A DNA stretch of 14,921 bases, taken from Candidatus Iainarchaeum sp. Its GTDB lineage: Archaea; Iainarchaeota; Iainarchaeia; Iainarchaeales; Iainarchaeaceae. Position numbers and translations under genes: made by a program. Under the pieces are notes generated by a model, which had not been told where the DNA came from, ran no database searches, and saw only the letters and a list, made by a program, of their open reading frames with translations. Of the stretch, positions 1 through 8,291 are shown in pieces. Within the stretch, counting starts at the first letter, position 1. Each line of letters starts with the position of its first letter. Location: assembly GCA_038895675.1 (NCBI GenBank), contig JAWANB010000024.1, positions 1-14,921 on the forward strand, written 5' to 3'.

Positions 1-1
1 A

Positions 2-802
2 ATACCACTTTGCACTAACCCAAGAGACACAGAAACAGGCATAAAACAAACAAAAAAATTAGGTTTAGGCGCGATGGAACTTGAATTTGTACAAAGCATA
101 TTCATAACAAAAGAAAAAGCACCAACAATAAAAAAAACTGCAGAATCCGAAGAAATAGTTTTGACTTGTCATGCACCATACTTCATAAACTTGAACGCAG
201 TAGAACCAACAAAAAAAGGAGCATCACGCTCAAGAATTTTACAAAGCGCAAAAATATTAGACCTTTGCGGCGGATACTCTCTCTGCTTTCACCCTGGGTT
301 TTACTTGAAAGACTCTAAAGAAATAGCCTACAAAAACATAAAAGACCAATTAGAAAAAATAATAGAAGAGGTAAAACAATTAAACTTGAAAGTATGGATA
401 AGACCAGAAACAACAGGAAAACCAACTCAATTTGGTTCTGTTGAAGAACTTTGCGACTTGAGCTCTGAATTAGACCAAGTTTTGCCAGTAATAGACTTCT
501 CACACTTGCACGCAAGAACCAACGGAAAGTACAATACAAAACAAGAGTTTTTTGAAGTACTCAGTTTAATTGAAAAAAAACTTGGAAAAATAGCAATCAA
601 AAACATGCACATACACTTGTCAGGAATAGACTATGGACCGAAAGGAGAAAAAAACCATTTAGAACTAAAAAAAAGCGACATGAACTATAAAGCAGTTCTT
701 GAAACACTAAAAGAATTTGACGCAAAAGGCGTAGTTGTTTCAGAAAGCCCAAACATTGAAGAAGACGCAATTTTAATGCAAAAGTTTTACGAAACACTTT
801 AA
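2..802 (+). CDS. nfo: Archaeal-type endonuclease IV / AP endonuclease 2 family TIM-barrel protein (5' partial)
   Basis: The frame is open from position 2 (IPLCTNPRDTETGIKQTKKLGLGAMELEFV), so the real start lies upstream of the window. Metal-ligand motifs: HAPYFINL, FHPGFY, RPETTGK-x2-QFGS, DFSHLHAR, HIHLSGI, SESP. Confidence 0.88.
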   Translation: MPLCTNPRDTETGIKQTKKLGLGAMELEFVQSIFITKEKAPTIKKTAESEEIVLTCHAPYFINLNAVEPTKKGASRSRILQSAKILDLCGGYSLCFHPGFYLKDSKEIAYKNIKDQLEKIIEEVKQLNLKVWIRPETTGKPTQFGSVEELCDLSSELDQVLPVIDFSHLHARTNGKYNTKQEFFEVLSLIEKKLGKIAIKNMHIHLSGIDYGPKGEKNHLELKKSDMNYKAVLETLKEFDAKGVVVSESPNIEEDAILMQKFYETL

Positions 803-810
803 AAACAAAG

Positions 811-2562
811 TCACTTTTTTCTCATGATTTGTTCAAAAAGTGCCATGGCAGCTTGCTTTGGACCTTCTTGCTCCATACCCTTTCTCCCTAATTGAGTGAA
901 AATCTCCCCAACAAATACTTTTTGCTCAAACATTTTTTTGAAATAAGTTTCTGCCAACTTCTCATGCTCTTCCTTTAATTGCACTGGCCCAAAAATGTTT
1001 GCAAAATAAGTGCTAGTTAAACCAATTTCGTCAGTAGTACTCTTTGCCAATCTCTTACCTTCCCTAAAAACTTTAATTGCTTCATCATAACTATCAAACT
1101 TTTTAATGAACCTATTATTCTCAGGCTCAAGATAATTGTTAGCATAAAGAAAATAATCAATTTCATAACCTTTGTTTACTTCTTCCATAGTAGTTATAGG
1201 CAAAACAACTCTCGCGTTCGGCTCTTTATGAGGAATCATTATTATCATCCTATCCAATTGACCATAAACGTAGCCAGAATCCAAATCATCAATCCTAACA
1301 AAAGCCCCTATTTCAGTCCCATAAGCCTTGATCTTGCCTTCTTCTATTGACAAAGAACCCATGTCATCAAAAATTATTTTCAAATCACTAAGCTTATCAC
1401 CACTTAAAACCCTAAAAGCCTCAATTGACTCGCTTTTACCAGCACCAGAATCACCTACTAAAACCACGTTAGCACTTTCACCAGTCTTCATAGTCAATCT
1501 TACCATGGCACCATGAACAGGCAACTTCCCTCTCTTTATCATTATAGAATTATGCAAAGTCAAAACCATTTTCTTAACATAACCAAAATAACCAAAATCC
1601 TTGTCTTGCGGAATAGCCCCGACAACAACGTCGTTTTTATCGTCTATAAAGTAAACAGTTTTTTCAGGCAAAAACCTATCCATAAAATGTTTAGGTAAAC
1701 CATAAAAGTAAATAGCGTCAGGCTTTTTTTGCAAGTCACTCTCATTGCACAACTCAAAAATATTTGAACAAGTTATAGCCATGCCAAAAAAAGAGTCATG
1801 AAAATAAATGTAAACCACTAACTTGCCAACCTTAGCAGGAAAACAAAGCCACTCATTTTCTTTCAACTCAAGATTTTCAATTGGATTAATTTTCGTCAAC
1901 TTGAACTCGCCTTTTCTCTTATTTACCAAAGGTTCAACTATGACAGGCGGATTTAAAAGAACCTGCCTTATCAACGGAATCTGAGAAAAATGCTCATAAC
2001 CCTTAGGCAAATTAACTTGTGTTCTCTTTGCAATTACCCCAATATTAAAACCCGCAGGAACCTGCCTATAAATTACAGGATGAGCTCCAGTAATGTTCTC
2101 TTGAATTTCTCTATATATTTTCCTAACCAAATTATTTAATCTTTCAATAGTATCATTAAAAGTCCTGTAAGGCTTTTTGTCCAAATCATTATCGTAATCT
2201 GAAAAACAAACCAAGTATCTTTCATGCGAACGCCAATAATTATAAAGCTCTTCAACAAACCTATCAAGCAAATAAGGGTTAGAAAAAATTTTACCCAAAT
2301 CAGGATTTTTAGCTTTTACCTCTTCAAACCTTTGAGTTGAAAGCAACTTTAACGCTTTAACCAACAACGACACTTGATCATCTTGACTTGCCTCAGGCAA
2401 CAACGCTAAAAACTCCGAATTTTTTTCCTTTAAATTTGCAATTAAATCACCAACAACATTCCTAAACAAATTACTATCAAGTATCACGTTCTGATCATTC
2501 CAATCCAAACGAGAAGTCCTAATAATAAACTGATTATTATACTTGCTAAACACACTACTCAT
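811..2562 (-). CDS. Phosphoenolpyruvate carboxykinase-like protein (divergent family, 583 aa)
   Basis: PEPCK-like motifs in the expected order: YFGYVKK, PVHGA, P-loop GDSGAGKS, IFDDMG, PNARV. Long N-terminal region. Convergent with nfo, 8 nt gap. Confidence 0.75.
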   Translation of the reverse strand: MSSVFSKYNNQFIIRTSRLDWNDQNVILDSNLFRNVVGDLIANLKEKNSEFLALLPEASQDDQVSLLVKALKLLSTQRFEEVKAKNPDLGKIFSNPYLLDRFVEELYNYWRSHERYLVCFSDYDNDLDKKPYRTFNDTIERLNNLVRKIYREIQENITGAHPVIYRQVPAGFNIGVIAKRTQVNLPKGYEHFSQIPLIRQVLLNPPVIVEPLVNKRKGEFKLTKINPIENLELKENEWLCFPAKVGKLVVYIYFHDSFFGMAITCSNIFELCNESDLQKKPDAIYFYGLPKHFMDRFLPEKTVYFIDDKNDVVVGAIPQDKDFGYFGYVKKMVLTLHNSIMIKRGKLPVHGAMVRLTMKTGESANVVLVGDSGAGKSESIEAFRVLSGDKLSDLKIIFDDMGSLSIEEGKIKAYGTEIGAFVRIDDLDSGYVYGQLDRMIIMIPHKEPNARVVLPITTMEEVNKGYEIDYFLYANNYLEPENNRFIKKFDSYDEAIKVFREGKRLAKSTTDEIGLTSTYFANIFGPVQLKEEHEKLAETYFKKMFEQKVFVGEIFTQLGRKGMEQEGPKQAAMALFEQIMRKK

Positions 2563-2600
2563 AACCTAACATAACTCCAATATTTTTTTAATCTGAAAAG

Positions 2601-3167
2601 TCAAACAATCGACACAATAAAGTAAATACCCAAAGTATTCAAAACAAAACACATGAAAACAAAAAACTTAGTAGAAACATTAAGAGAAGAAGCCAACAAA
2701 GCAACCCCTATTTCATCAGGCAAAGGAGAAGCTATTATTAAACCCCCAAACACAGGCATAATTGTTCTAACTATTTTCTTATTAGAAAATCTTGAATAAA
2801 TTTCTTGAAAAATCCTTTCAGAAGAAAGCTTTTGAATCTCATCCATAAAAGAATGCCTTATAAAAGAAAATATTAAATAATCAGCAGACAAAGCACCTAA
2901 ACCACCTAACAACGCAGTAGGAAAATCACCTATCACATTACTAAGTTTTATTAATAAAGCAGTCGCAGGAGCAGAAGTAAAACCATAAGCAAAAAACATT
3001 CCAAGAAGATAAGCGCCAAAATAATTCAAATCCAACAAAGGCTTAATAAAAGGTTCAAAAAAATTATCAGCCAAAATAAAATAAGCAAAAACAAAACTCA
3101 AAAACAATAATAAAAGCTTCGGATACTTTAGTTTAAACTTTATTTTTGAGATAGTATCACAAAACAT
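2601..3167 (-). CDS. Polytopic membrane protein, possibly DedA/VTT-like (188 aa)
   Basis: Start moved to the ATG at 3167, because the listed extension to 3488 is antisense to the M24 gene. Several hydrophobic segments; GFTSAPAT, GGLGALSADY and SPLPDEIG motifs. Confidence 0.7.
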   Translation of the reverse strand: MFCDTISKIKFKLKYPKLLLLFLSFVFAYFILADNFFEPFIKPLLDLNYFGAYLLGMFFAYGFTSAPATALLIKLSNVIGDFPTALLGGLGALSADYLIFSFIRHSFMDEIQKLSSERIFQEIYSRFSNKKIVRTIMPVFGGLIIASPLPDEIGVALLASSLNVSTKFFVFMCFVLNTLGIYFIVSIV

Positions 3168-3198
3168 AAGCCCACACTCTAAAACTGAAATGATTCTC

Positions 3199-3206
3199 TT
3201 ATAAAA
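3199..3206. promoter_or_regulatory. Candidate shared TATA box for the divergent genes at 3167(-) and 3229(+)
   Basis: TTATAAAA on + lies 22 nt before ATG 3229 (leaderless spacing). The same bases read TTTTATAA on -, 31 nt before ATG 3167. Confidence 0.4.
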
Positions 3207-3228
3207 CCTTTTTTGTTTTTTAAGTTTA

Positions 3229-3918
3229 ATGAACGAAAAAATATTTTCAATAACCAGAGCTTGCGCATTCACAGACCAAATATTTCTAAAATTTTTAGAA
3301 GAAGCAAAAAAAAATTCTTTCAAAACAGAATTAGACATCGCCAAATTCATAAATTCACAAATAGAGTTTTTAGGATTAAAAAAATCATTTCCAACAATCG
3401 TAGCAACAGGCAAGAACGCCGTAGACTGGCACCACAAACCAACAAAAACAATCATAAAAAAAGGCTTCTGTGTGATTGACTTTGGCATAAAAGTTAATGG
3501 TTACTGCTCAGACATGACTAGAACGATTTACTTTGGAAAAGCAAACAACAAAGAAAAGAAAATTTACGCAAAAGTACTAAAAGCCAATTTAGAAACAATC
3601 AAAATGGTTAAAGAAGCCACAGACGGAAACTTGATTTACAAGCATGCTAAAAAAGTTTTAGGAAAACTCTCAAAATACTTTGGGCACGGCCTAGGCCACG
3701 GCTTATCAAAAAAAATTCACGACAAACCAAGACTATCAAAAAAACCAGGAGAAATATTAAAAAATGGAGACATAATAACAATAGAACCAGGAGTTTACAT
3801 ACCAAAAAAGTTTGGAATAAGAATAGAAGATGACGTCTTAGTACTAGAAAACAGCCAAATAGTACTAACGCTCTCAGAAAAAAAACTCATAGAAATACCA
3901 TTAACAAAACCAACCTAA
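3229..3918 (+). CDS. M24 family metallopeptidase (Xaa-Pro peptidase-like, catalytic domain only)
   Basis: Pita-bread-fold ligands IDFG, SDMTRT, GHGLGHG, TIEPG and RIEDD are all present. At 229 aa there is no room for the N-terminal creatinase-like domain. Confidence 0.9.
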   Translation: MNEKIFSITRACAFTDQIFLKFLEEAKKNSFKTELDIAKFINSQIEFLGLKKSFPTIVATGKNAVDWHHKPTKTIIKKGFCVIDFGIKVNGYCSDMTRTIYFGKANNKEKKIYAKVLKANLETIKMVKEATDGNLIYKHAKKVLGKLSKYFGHGLGHGLSKKIHDKPRLSKKPGEILKNGDIITIEPGVYIPKKFGIRIEDDVLVLENSQIVLTLSEKKLIEIPLTKPT

Positions 3919-3966
3919 AAACAGGAAACACAACTAATTTTAAACACAATCAGAAAAATCATAATT

Positions 3967-5172
3967 GTGACAAAAAAAATTGAACCGGCAAAAAGAGCAA
4001 CACTAATAAAACACGCCACAAGAGACTTAGTTCCAATAGCAAAAGAAATAGAAAAACAAGGAAAAAAAGTAATTTATCTGAATATAGGTGACCCAATAGC
4101 CTTTGGCTTTAGAACGCCAAAACACTTATGGGAAGCCATTAACTCAAACCAAAAACTCGGAGAAAAATATTCAGACTCGTTAGGAAACGAAAAAGCAAGA
4201 CAAGCAGTAGCAGAATACGCACAAAAAAACGGAGTCAAAGGAATCACAAAAGAAGACACCATGACTTTCACAGGAGGAAGCGAAGCAATAATCCTTTCAA
4301 TGCAAGCACTATTCAACCCAAAAGAAAATTGCTTGATTCCATGCCCAGGATACTCAATGTATAATGGAGAACTTGCATTCTTAGAAGCAGAAGCAAAAGA
4401 ATATTACCTCGAAGAAGAAAAAGACTGGGAAATAGATTTAGAAAGCTTAGAAAAAAATATCAACGAAAAAACAAAAGCAATAGTAATAATAAACCCCAAC
4501 AATCCCACAGGTTCAGTACTCAAAAAAAACATGCTAAAAAAAGTAATTGACATAGCAGGCTCAAACAACTTATTAATATTAGCAGACGAGACTTACGACA
4601 AAATAATTTACGACGAAGAAAAATTTATTCCAATAGCAACACTATCAAAAGACGTTCCAATAATAAGCTACGGAAGCATCTCAAAAAACTATTTAGCACC
4701 AGGTTTTAGAGGAGGATGGTTATACAAACACGATCCTCTAAATCAAATGCAAGAATACTTTGAAACAATAAAAAAACTAGCAAGATTAAGACTTTCACCA
4801 CCTTCGCCAATACAATTTGCAATAGAAGCAGCACTAAAAGGACCACAAGACCATATAAAAGAAATGATTACAATACTACAAAAAAGAAGAGACATAACAT
4901 ACAAAAGACTTAACGAAATAGAAAAAATAAGTTGCACAAAACCAAAAGGAGCCTTCTACGCTTTCCCAAAAATAAACACGAAAATAGAATCAGACAAAGA
5001 CTTTGTGATAGACTTGGCAAAAGAAAAAGGAGTTCTAACAGTGCACGGAGAAGGCTTTGGACAAAAAGAAGGCACAAAACACTTTAGAATAATATTTTTA
5101 CCAGAAGAACAAATTTTAGAAGAAGCACTAAACAAAATAGAAGAATACATGAAAGAAAAATTTACAAAATAA
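3967..5172 (+). CDS. PLP-dependent aminotransferase class I/II (alanine/aspartate aminotransferase-like)
   Basis: LNIGDP, INPNNPTG, ADETY, SISKNYLAPGFRGG (PLP lysine), PKGAFY and HFRI motifs. GTG start with TTTAAA about 22 nt upstream. Confidence 0.92.
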   Translation: MTKKIEPAKRATLIKHATRDLVPIAKEIEKQGKKVIYLNIGDPIAFGFRTPKHLWEAINSNQKLGEKYSDSLGNEKARQAVAEYAQKNGVKGITKEDTMTFTGGSEAIILSMQALFNPKENCLIPCPGYSMYNGELAFLEAEAKEYYLEEEKDWEIDLESLEKNINEKTKAIVIINPNNPTGSVLKKNMLKKVIDIAGSNNLLILADETYDKIIYDEEKFIPIATLSKDVPIISYGSISKNYLAPGFRGGWLYKHDPLNQMQEYFETIKKLARLRLSPPSPIQFAIEAALKGPQDHIKEMITILQKRRDITYKRLNEIEKISCTKPKGAFYAFPKINTKIESDKDFVIDLAKEKGVLTVHGEGFGQKEGTKHFRIIFLPEEQILEEALNKIEEYMKEKFTK

Positions 5173-5361
5173 AAAAACACGACAAAAAATTAAACGCCTG
5201 AAAAATCAAAAAAATAACAACTAACAAACAAAAAACGACTTGAAAAACCTAACATAATTTCCAAAAAGAAATTTAAAAACAAACAAAAAAAAATACTAAC
5301 AAAACACAAACAATAAGCAAAAAAAACCAACAAGAGTTGCAAAAAAAACCTAACCAAAAAA

Positions 5362-5401
5362 CAAAAAAAAAGAAAAAAGCACTTTTACTTCAAAGTGCTT
5401 T
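5362..5401 (-). terminator. Hairpin plus U-tract over the stop codon of the small lipoprotein gene
   Basis: On -: AAAGCACTTT-GAAGTA-AAAGTGCTTT (10-bp stem, 5376-5401), followed by TTTCTTTTTTTTT. Confidence 0.6.
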
Positions 5402-5636
5402 CTTCAATTTCAGTAATACTAATTTCTTCAGACGCAACCAAATCGTTTTCTATCTGAGCCAATTCTTGATCTATTTTATCAACTTCATTAATAGAACTGT
5501 CAATTTGTTTAGCATCAAAAGCCTCTACTGAAGGAGAAGGGCTTGCAGTAGGACTTGGCACAACCTGTACCTTGTTTTGCGAACTACAACCAAACAAAAA
5601 AATCAACAAAATTCCTAAAGCGATTAAAACCTTCAT
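5385..5636 (-). CDS. Small putative lipoprotein (83 aa)
   Basis: Signal-like N-terminus ending in the lipobox LFGC, a Pro/Ser linker and an acidic helical C-terminus. GGAGGTG RBS. ATGA overlap with the upstream gene's stop. Confidence 0.75.
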   Translation of the reverse strand: MKVLIALGILLIFLFGCSSQNKVQVVPSPTASPSPSVEAFDAKQIDSSINEVDKIDQELAQIENDLVASEEISITEIEESTLK

Positions 5637-6808
5637 TGCTCTTCACCTCCTTCAACTACTTCAATAGTGCTTGGCTCTTCTACCTCACTCAAAGAAGACA
5701 TTACCTCGCCTAACTCTTTATTGTTTTCGGATTCATTATAAATTTGATTTAATTGCTCTGAAGTTCCGGTTGAAATAGAACCTTTTTCAGAAATTTCCTT
5801 CAAGGCAATCAAAGAAAGCCTTATTAGTATAAAGTCTTTCTGAACCTCAAAGTGAGCAAGCCTCAAAGCCAAATGAGCTCTTTGCATTATTTTCACAGAA
5901 TCTTCCTTACTCTCGGCACTAGAAAATTCTAACTTGAGCTTAGCCATGACGTCTTTAATTTTTACTATGTCAAGGTCAAGCTTCTCCTTAGCTTCCTCTA
6001 CTTTTGAAGTATCCTTACCCTGGGCCTTCAAAACCTCAATCTTTTTACCAATCAAAGCCGAATAGCTTTCAGCCTTGTCAATGAACCTTGAATACTTTTC
6101 AAGAGTTTGAAGACCAATCTTTGCCTTGACTCTTAACATGTTTCTTTCCAAGTTTTGCTTAGCTTCCTTTGAAATTTTCGCCAAATCATCAGCATCAAGG
6201 TCATTAGACTCTAAAGCCTTGAGCTTTTCCTCAAGCAAAGAAACCAAAGCTTTTTTTGTCTCATCGTCCAAAGAAAGAACTTTCAACTTTTCAAGATTAG
6301 CCTTCAGTTGAGTTGAAACCAAGTTTCTTGCCTTTTCCCTCAACTCAACCTTTAATTTTTCCCTTTCAGCAGCTTTAGCAGTCGCAATTTTAGCCTTTAA
6401 CAACGTAAAATCCTCAGAAGAAATAGCAACACTATTCCTTAAAGCAGAATCGTCAACTACTTGCTGAGCCAATTTCAAACCAGTCGCATTAGCCAAAAGC
6501 CTCTTCCTTTCCTCTAACCTTTCTCTCTCAGAAACAACTGCCTTAACAGGCAAAACAGCCAAAACTTCTTCACTAGAACCTTGTTTATCAAAAACCCTTT
6601 CCCTTTCTCTTATTTGATTAGTAACAGGAACTGGGTTTTTAGAATCACTAGTAGTGTTATTAGAAACAACAGCTACAGGACGAACATTAGTAGTATTGTC
6701 AAAATTAGCAACAGAATCATTATTAACTTTAGTTGCTGACTCTTCAGCAAAAACAAAACCAAAAAGCAAAAACAAGGCAAAAACACTAAACAAAATCTTA
6801 CTTAACAT
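5633..6808 (-). CDS. Secreted coiled-coil protein of unknown function (391 aa)
   Basis: GGAGGTG RBS; signal peptide ending VFA; N/T/V-rich linker with N-x-S/T sequons; long K/E/L/A-rich helical region. Confidence 0.8.
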   Translation of the reverse strand: MLSKILFSVFALFLLFGFVFAEESATKVNNDSVANFDNTTNVRPVAVVSNNTTSDSKNPVPVTNQIRERERVFDKQGSSEEVLAVLPVKAVVSERERLEERKRLLANATGLKLAQQVVDDSALRNSVAISSEDFTLLKAKIATAKAAEREKLKVELREKARNLVSTQLKANLEKLKVLSLDDETKKALVSLLEEKLKALESNDLDADDLAKISKEAKQNLERNMLRVKAKIGLQTLEKYSRFIDKAESYSALIGKKIEVLKAQGKDTSKVEEAKEKLDLDIVKIKDVMAKLKLEFSSAESKEDSVKIMQRAHLALRLAHFEVQKDFILIRLSLIALKEISEKGSISTGTSEQLNQIYNESENNKELGEVMSSLSEVEEPSTIEVVEGGEEQ

Positions 6809-6987
6809 TTAATACACCTCCAAAAAACAATTTGATTTTAAAATATATTAAGAATGTATAATATAATCATTGTGTTTTATTTTAATCACGACATTTTTTA
6901 CTACTTGATTAACTACCAAAAATTAACAAAAACAATGAACCTAAATATCACAAAAATTTTTAATAACAACATACTAATTTCAAATAA

Positions 6988-7539
6988 ATGTTTGAATTTA
7001 CAACCGAACTTTCAATTGTCATTCTTTCAACCTGTATTTTTCTGTTGACAATAGAAATCTATTACCAAAACTACAAAAAACAAAAATTCAAAAACTACGA
7101 CTGGCTTTTCAATTGGACTTTCCCAAATGATAAGCCTTTCACTTTACTTGCCCTACCATTACTAATACTATTTGTCATAAACTATTTTTTAATTCCAAAC
7201 CTAAACGTCTTAGCTATTGCAATGACATTTTCAATTGCAGTGCAAGTTCTCGTTGAAGAAATTACATTTAGAGGAATCGTCTTTGGTGCCCTTCTTAAAA
7301 AATTTTATGAAAACAAAAAAAATAGCCTTTGGATGCTATTGTTATTATTCTTTATACAGGCCTTGCTTTTTGCAATTGTTCACTACCAAACAAAAAACTT
7401 TATAGGCGTTTTTTCAAGCGGGCTCATATTTGGGATAGTTTTCTACTTTTCAGGAAAAAATGTTTTAGCACCAACAATACTGCACTTAGCACTAAACCTA
7501 CTAATATTCCAAAATTATTTGACAATTAAAATGACATGA
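6988..7539 (+). CDS. CPBP family (CAAX/Abi) intramembrane glutamic endopeptidase
   Basis: EExxFRG (EEITFRG), FxxxH (FAIVH) and HxxxN (HLALN) motifs within a multi-TM protein. Confidence 0.88.
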   Translation: MFEFTTELSIVILSTCIFLLTIEIYYQNYKKQKFKNYDWLFNWTFPNDKPFTLLALPLLILFVINYFLIPNLNVLAIAMTFSIAVQVLVEEITFRGIVFGALLKKFYENKKNSLWMLLLLFFIQALLFAIVHYQTKNFIGVFSSGLIFGIVFYFSGKNVLAPTILHLALNLLIFQNYLTIKMT

Positions 7540-7572
7540 CAAAACTAAGTAAATGCCAAAGAAGGAAGAATT

Positions 7573-7956
7573 ATGAGATTCTGGCTTGTGAACCATTCGT
7601 GGGAATCATTTCATAGAACACAAGAATATTGTGGTTTTGTATCTCAACATGAACGAGACAAAATCCAAGTGGGAGATAAAATAATCTACTTTGGGCAAGG
7701 TCTTGTTTTTGGTCTCTTTGAAGCCACTGCATTAGTTGAAAATGAATTTAATGGTTGGGTCAAAAAATACCCGTTCCAAGTAAAACTTAAGCCTATCGCA
7801 ATTACAACAAAAGGTTTGATTGCGAAACCATTAGAAAGCAAGATCCTTCTTCAAAAAATGAATGGCGGCTCGCCCAATTTGGTAGAACTAACCGAACAAG
7901 AGTTCAATAGAGTTAAACAAACTATTGATTTGAAACAGAAAGAGTTAGTATTTTGA
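7573..7956 (+). CDS. EVE domain (PUA-like) protein
   Basis: N-terminal FWLV, IQVGDKIIYF, GLFEA, YPFQVKLKPI and C-terminal ELTEQEFNRV match the EVE-domain pattern. Confidence 0.75.
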   Translation: MRFWLVNHSWESFHRTQEYCGFVSQHERDKIQVGDKIIYFGQGLVFGLFEATALVENEFNGWVKKYPFQVKLKPIAITTKGLIAKPLESKILLQKMNGGSPNLVELTEQEFNRVKQTIDLKQKELVF

Positions 7957-7971
7957 ACTCCTTAAAAAATC

Positions 7972-7999
7972 TTAAAAACATTCTCAAGATAGTTTTTAA
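7972..7999. promoter_or_regulatory. Inverted repeat containing a TATA-like box directly upstream of the sRNA
   Basis: TTAAAAAC (7972-7979) ... GTTTTTAA (7992-7999). The left arm sits at about -29 to -22 from 8001. CTTAAAAA is also tandemly repeated (7961, 7971). Confidence 0.35.
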
Positions 8000-8000
8000 C

Positions 8001-8072
8001 GTGCGGCGTTGATGAACTGACGATGACGCTGATCCTTTGGAGATGACGAAAGATGGGCGAACTGAGCCGCAC
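8001..8072 (+). ncRNA. Archaeal box C/D guide sRNA (dual guide, 2'-O-methylation)
   Basis: GC-richer island in AT-rich intergenic DNA. Terminal stem GTGCGGC/GCCGCAC; box C TTGATGA 8009-8015; 13-nt guide; box D' CTGA 8029-8032; TCC-TTT-GGA hairpin; box C' ATGACGA 8043-8049; 12-nt guide; box D CTGA 8062-8065. Confidence 0.9.
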
Positions 8073-8291
8073 AATGAACCAAAATTTAAACTTTAATAAA
8101 TTTTCTAAGTTTATCGAATGCAAATGACTCTGAAAAATACTTAGAAATAAAATACAGAGAATTCTTGAAAAAGAAAAAAAATAATTAATAGAACAAATAA
8201 AAAAAAGCGACAACATGAGAGTATACAAAACCATACAAAAACAGCAAATTTAATAAACAAAAAAAAACTATTTATAAAAAAGGTGAAATAA

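Noticed and set aside
3168..3488. 107-aa N-terminal extension of the membrane protein ORF
   Set aside because: It overlaps the M24 gene antisense; ATG 3167 gives a normal divergent arrangement.
5173..5375. 200-nt A-rich intergenic tract as a repeat array, origin or ncRNA
   Set aside because: No repeat unit, ORB-like box or structure is visible; composition skew explains it.
8001..8072. Alternative reading as a hammerhead ribozyme, tRNA or MITE
   Set aside because: CTGA and GAAA words occur, but I found no CUGANGA core with three supporting stems, no cloverleaf and no target-site duplication. The C/D model explains the whole element.
8090..8188. Short open frame ...NANDSEKYLEIKYREFLKKKKNN* as a gene remnant
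   Set aside because: No start codon or recognisable motif; not distinguishable from chance.
7962..8234. 90-aa minus-strand ORF
   Set aside because: It is antisense to the C/D sRNA, has no RBS, and its F/L/I richness follows from the T-rich strand.
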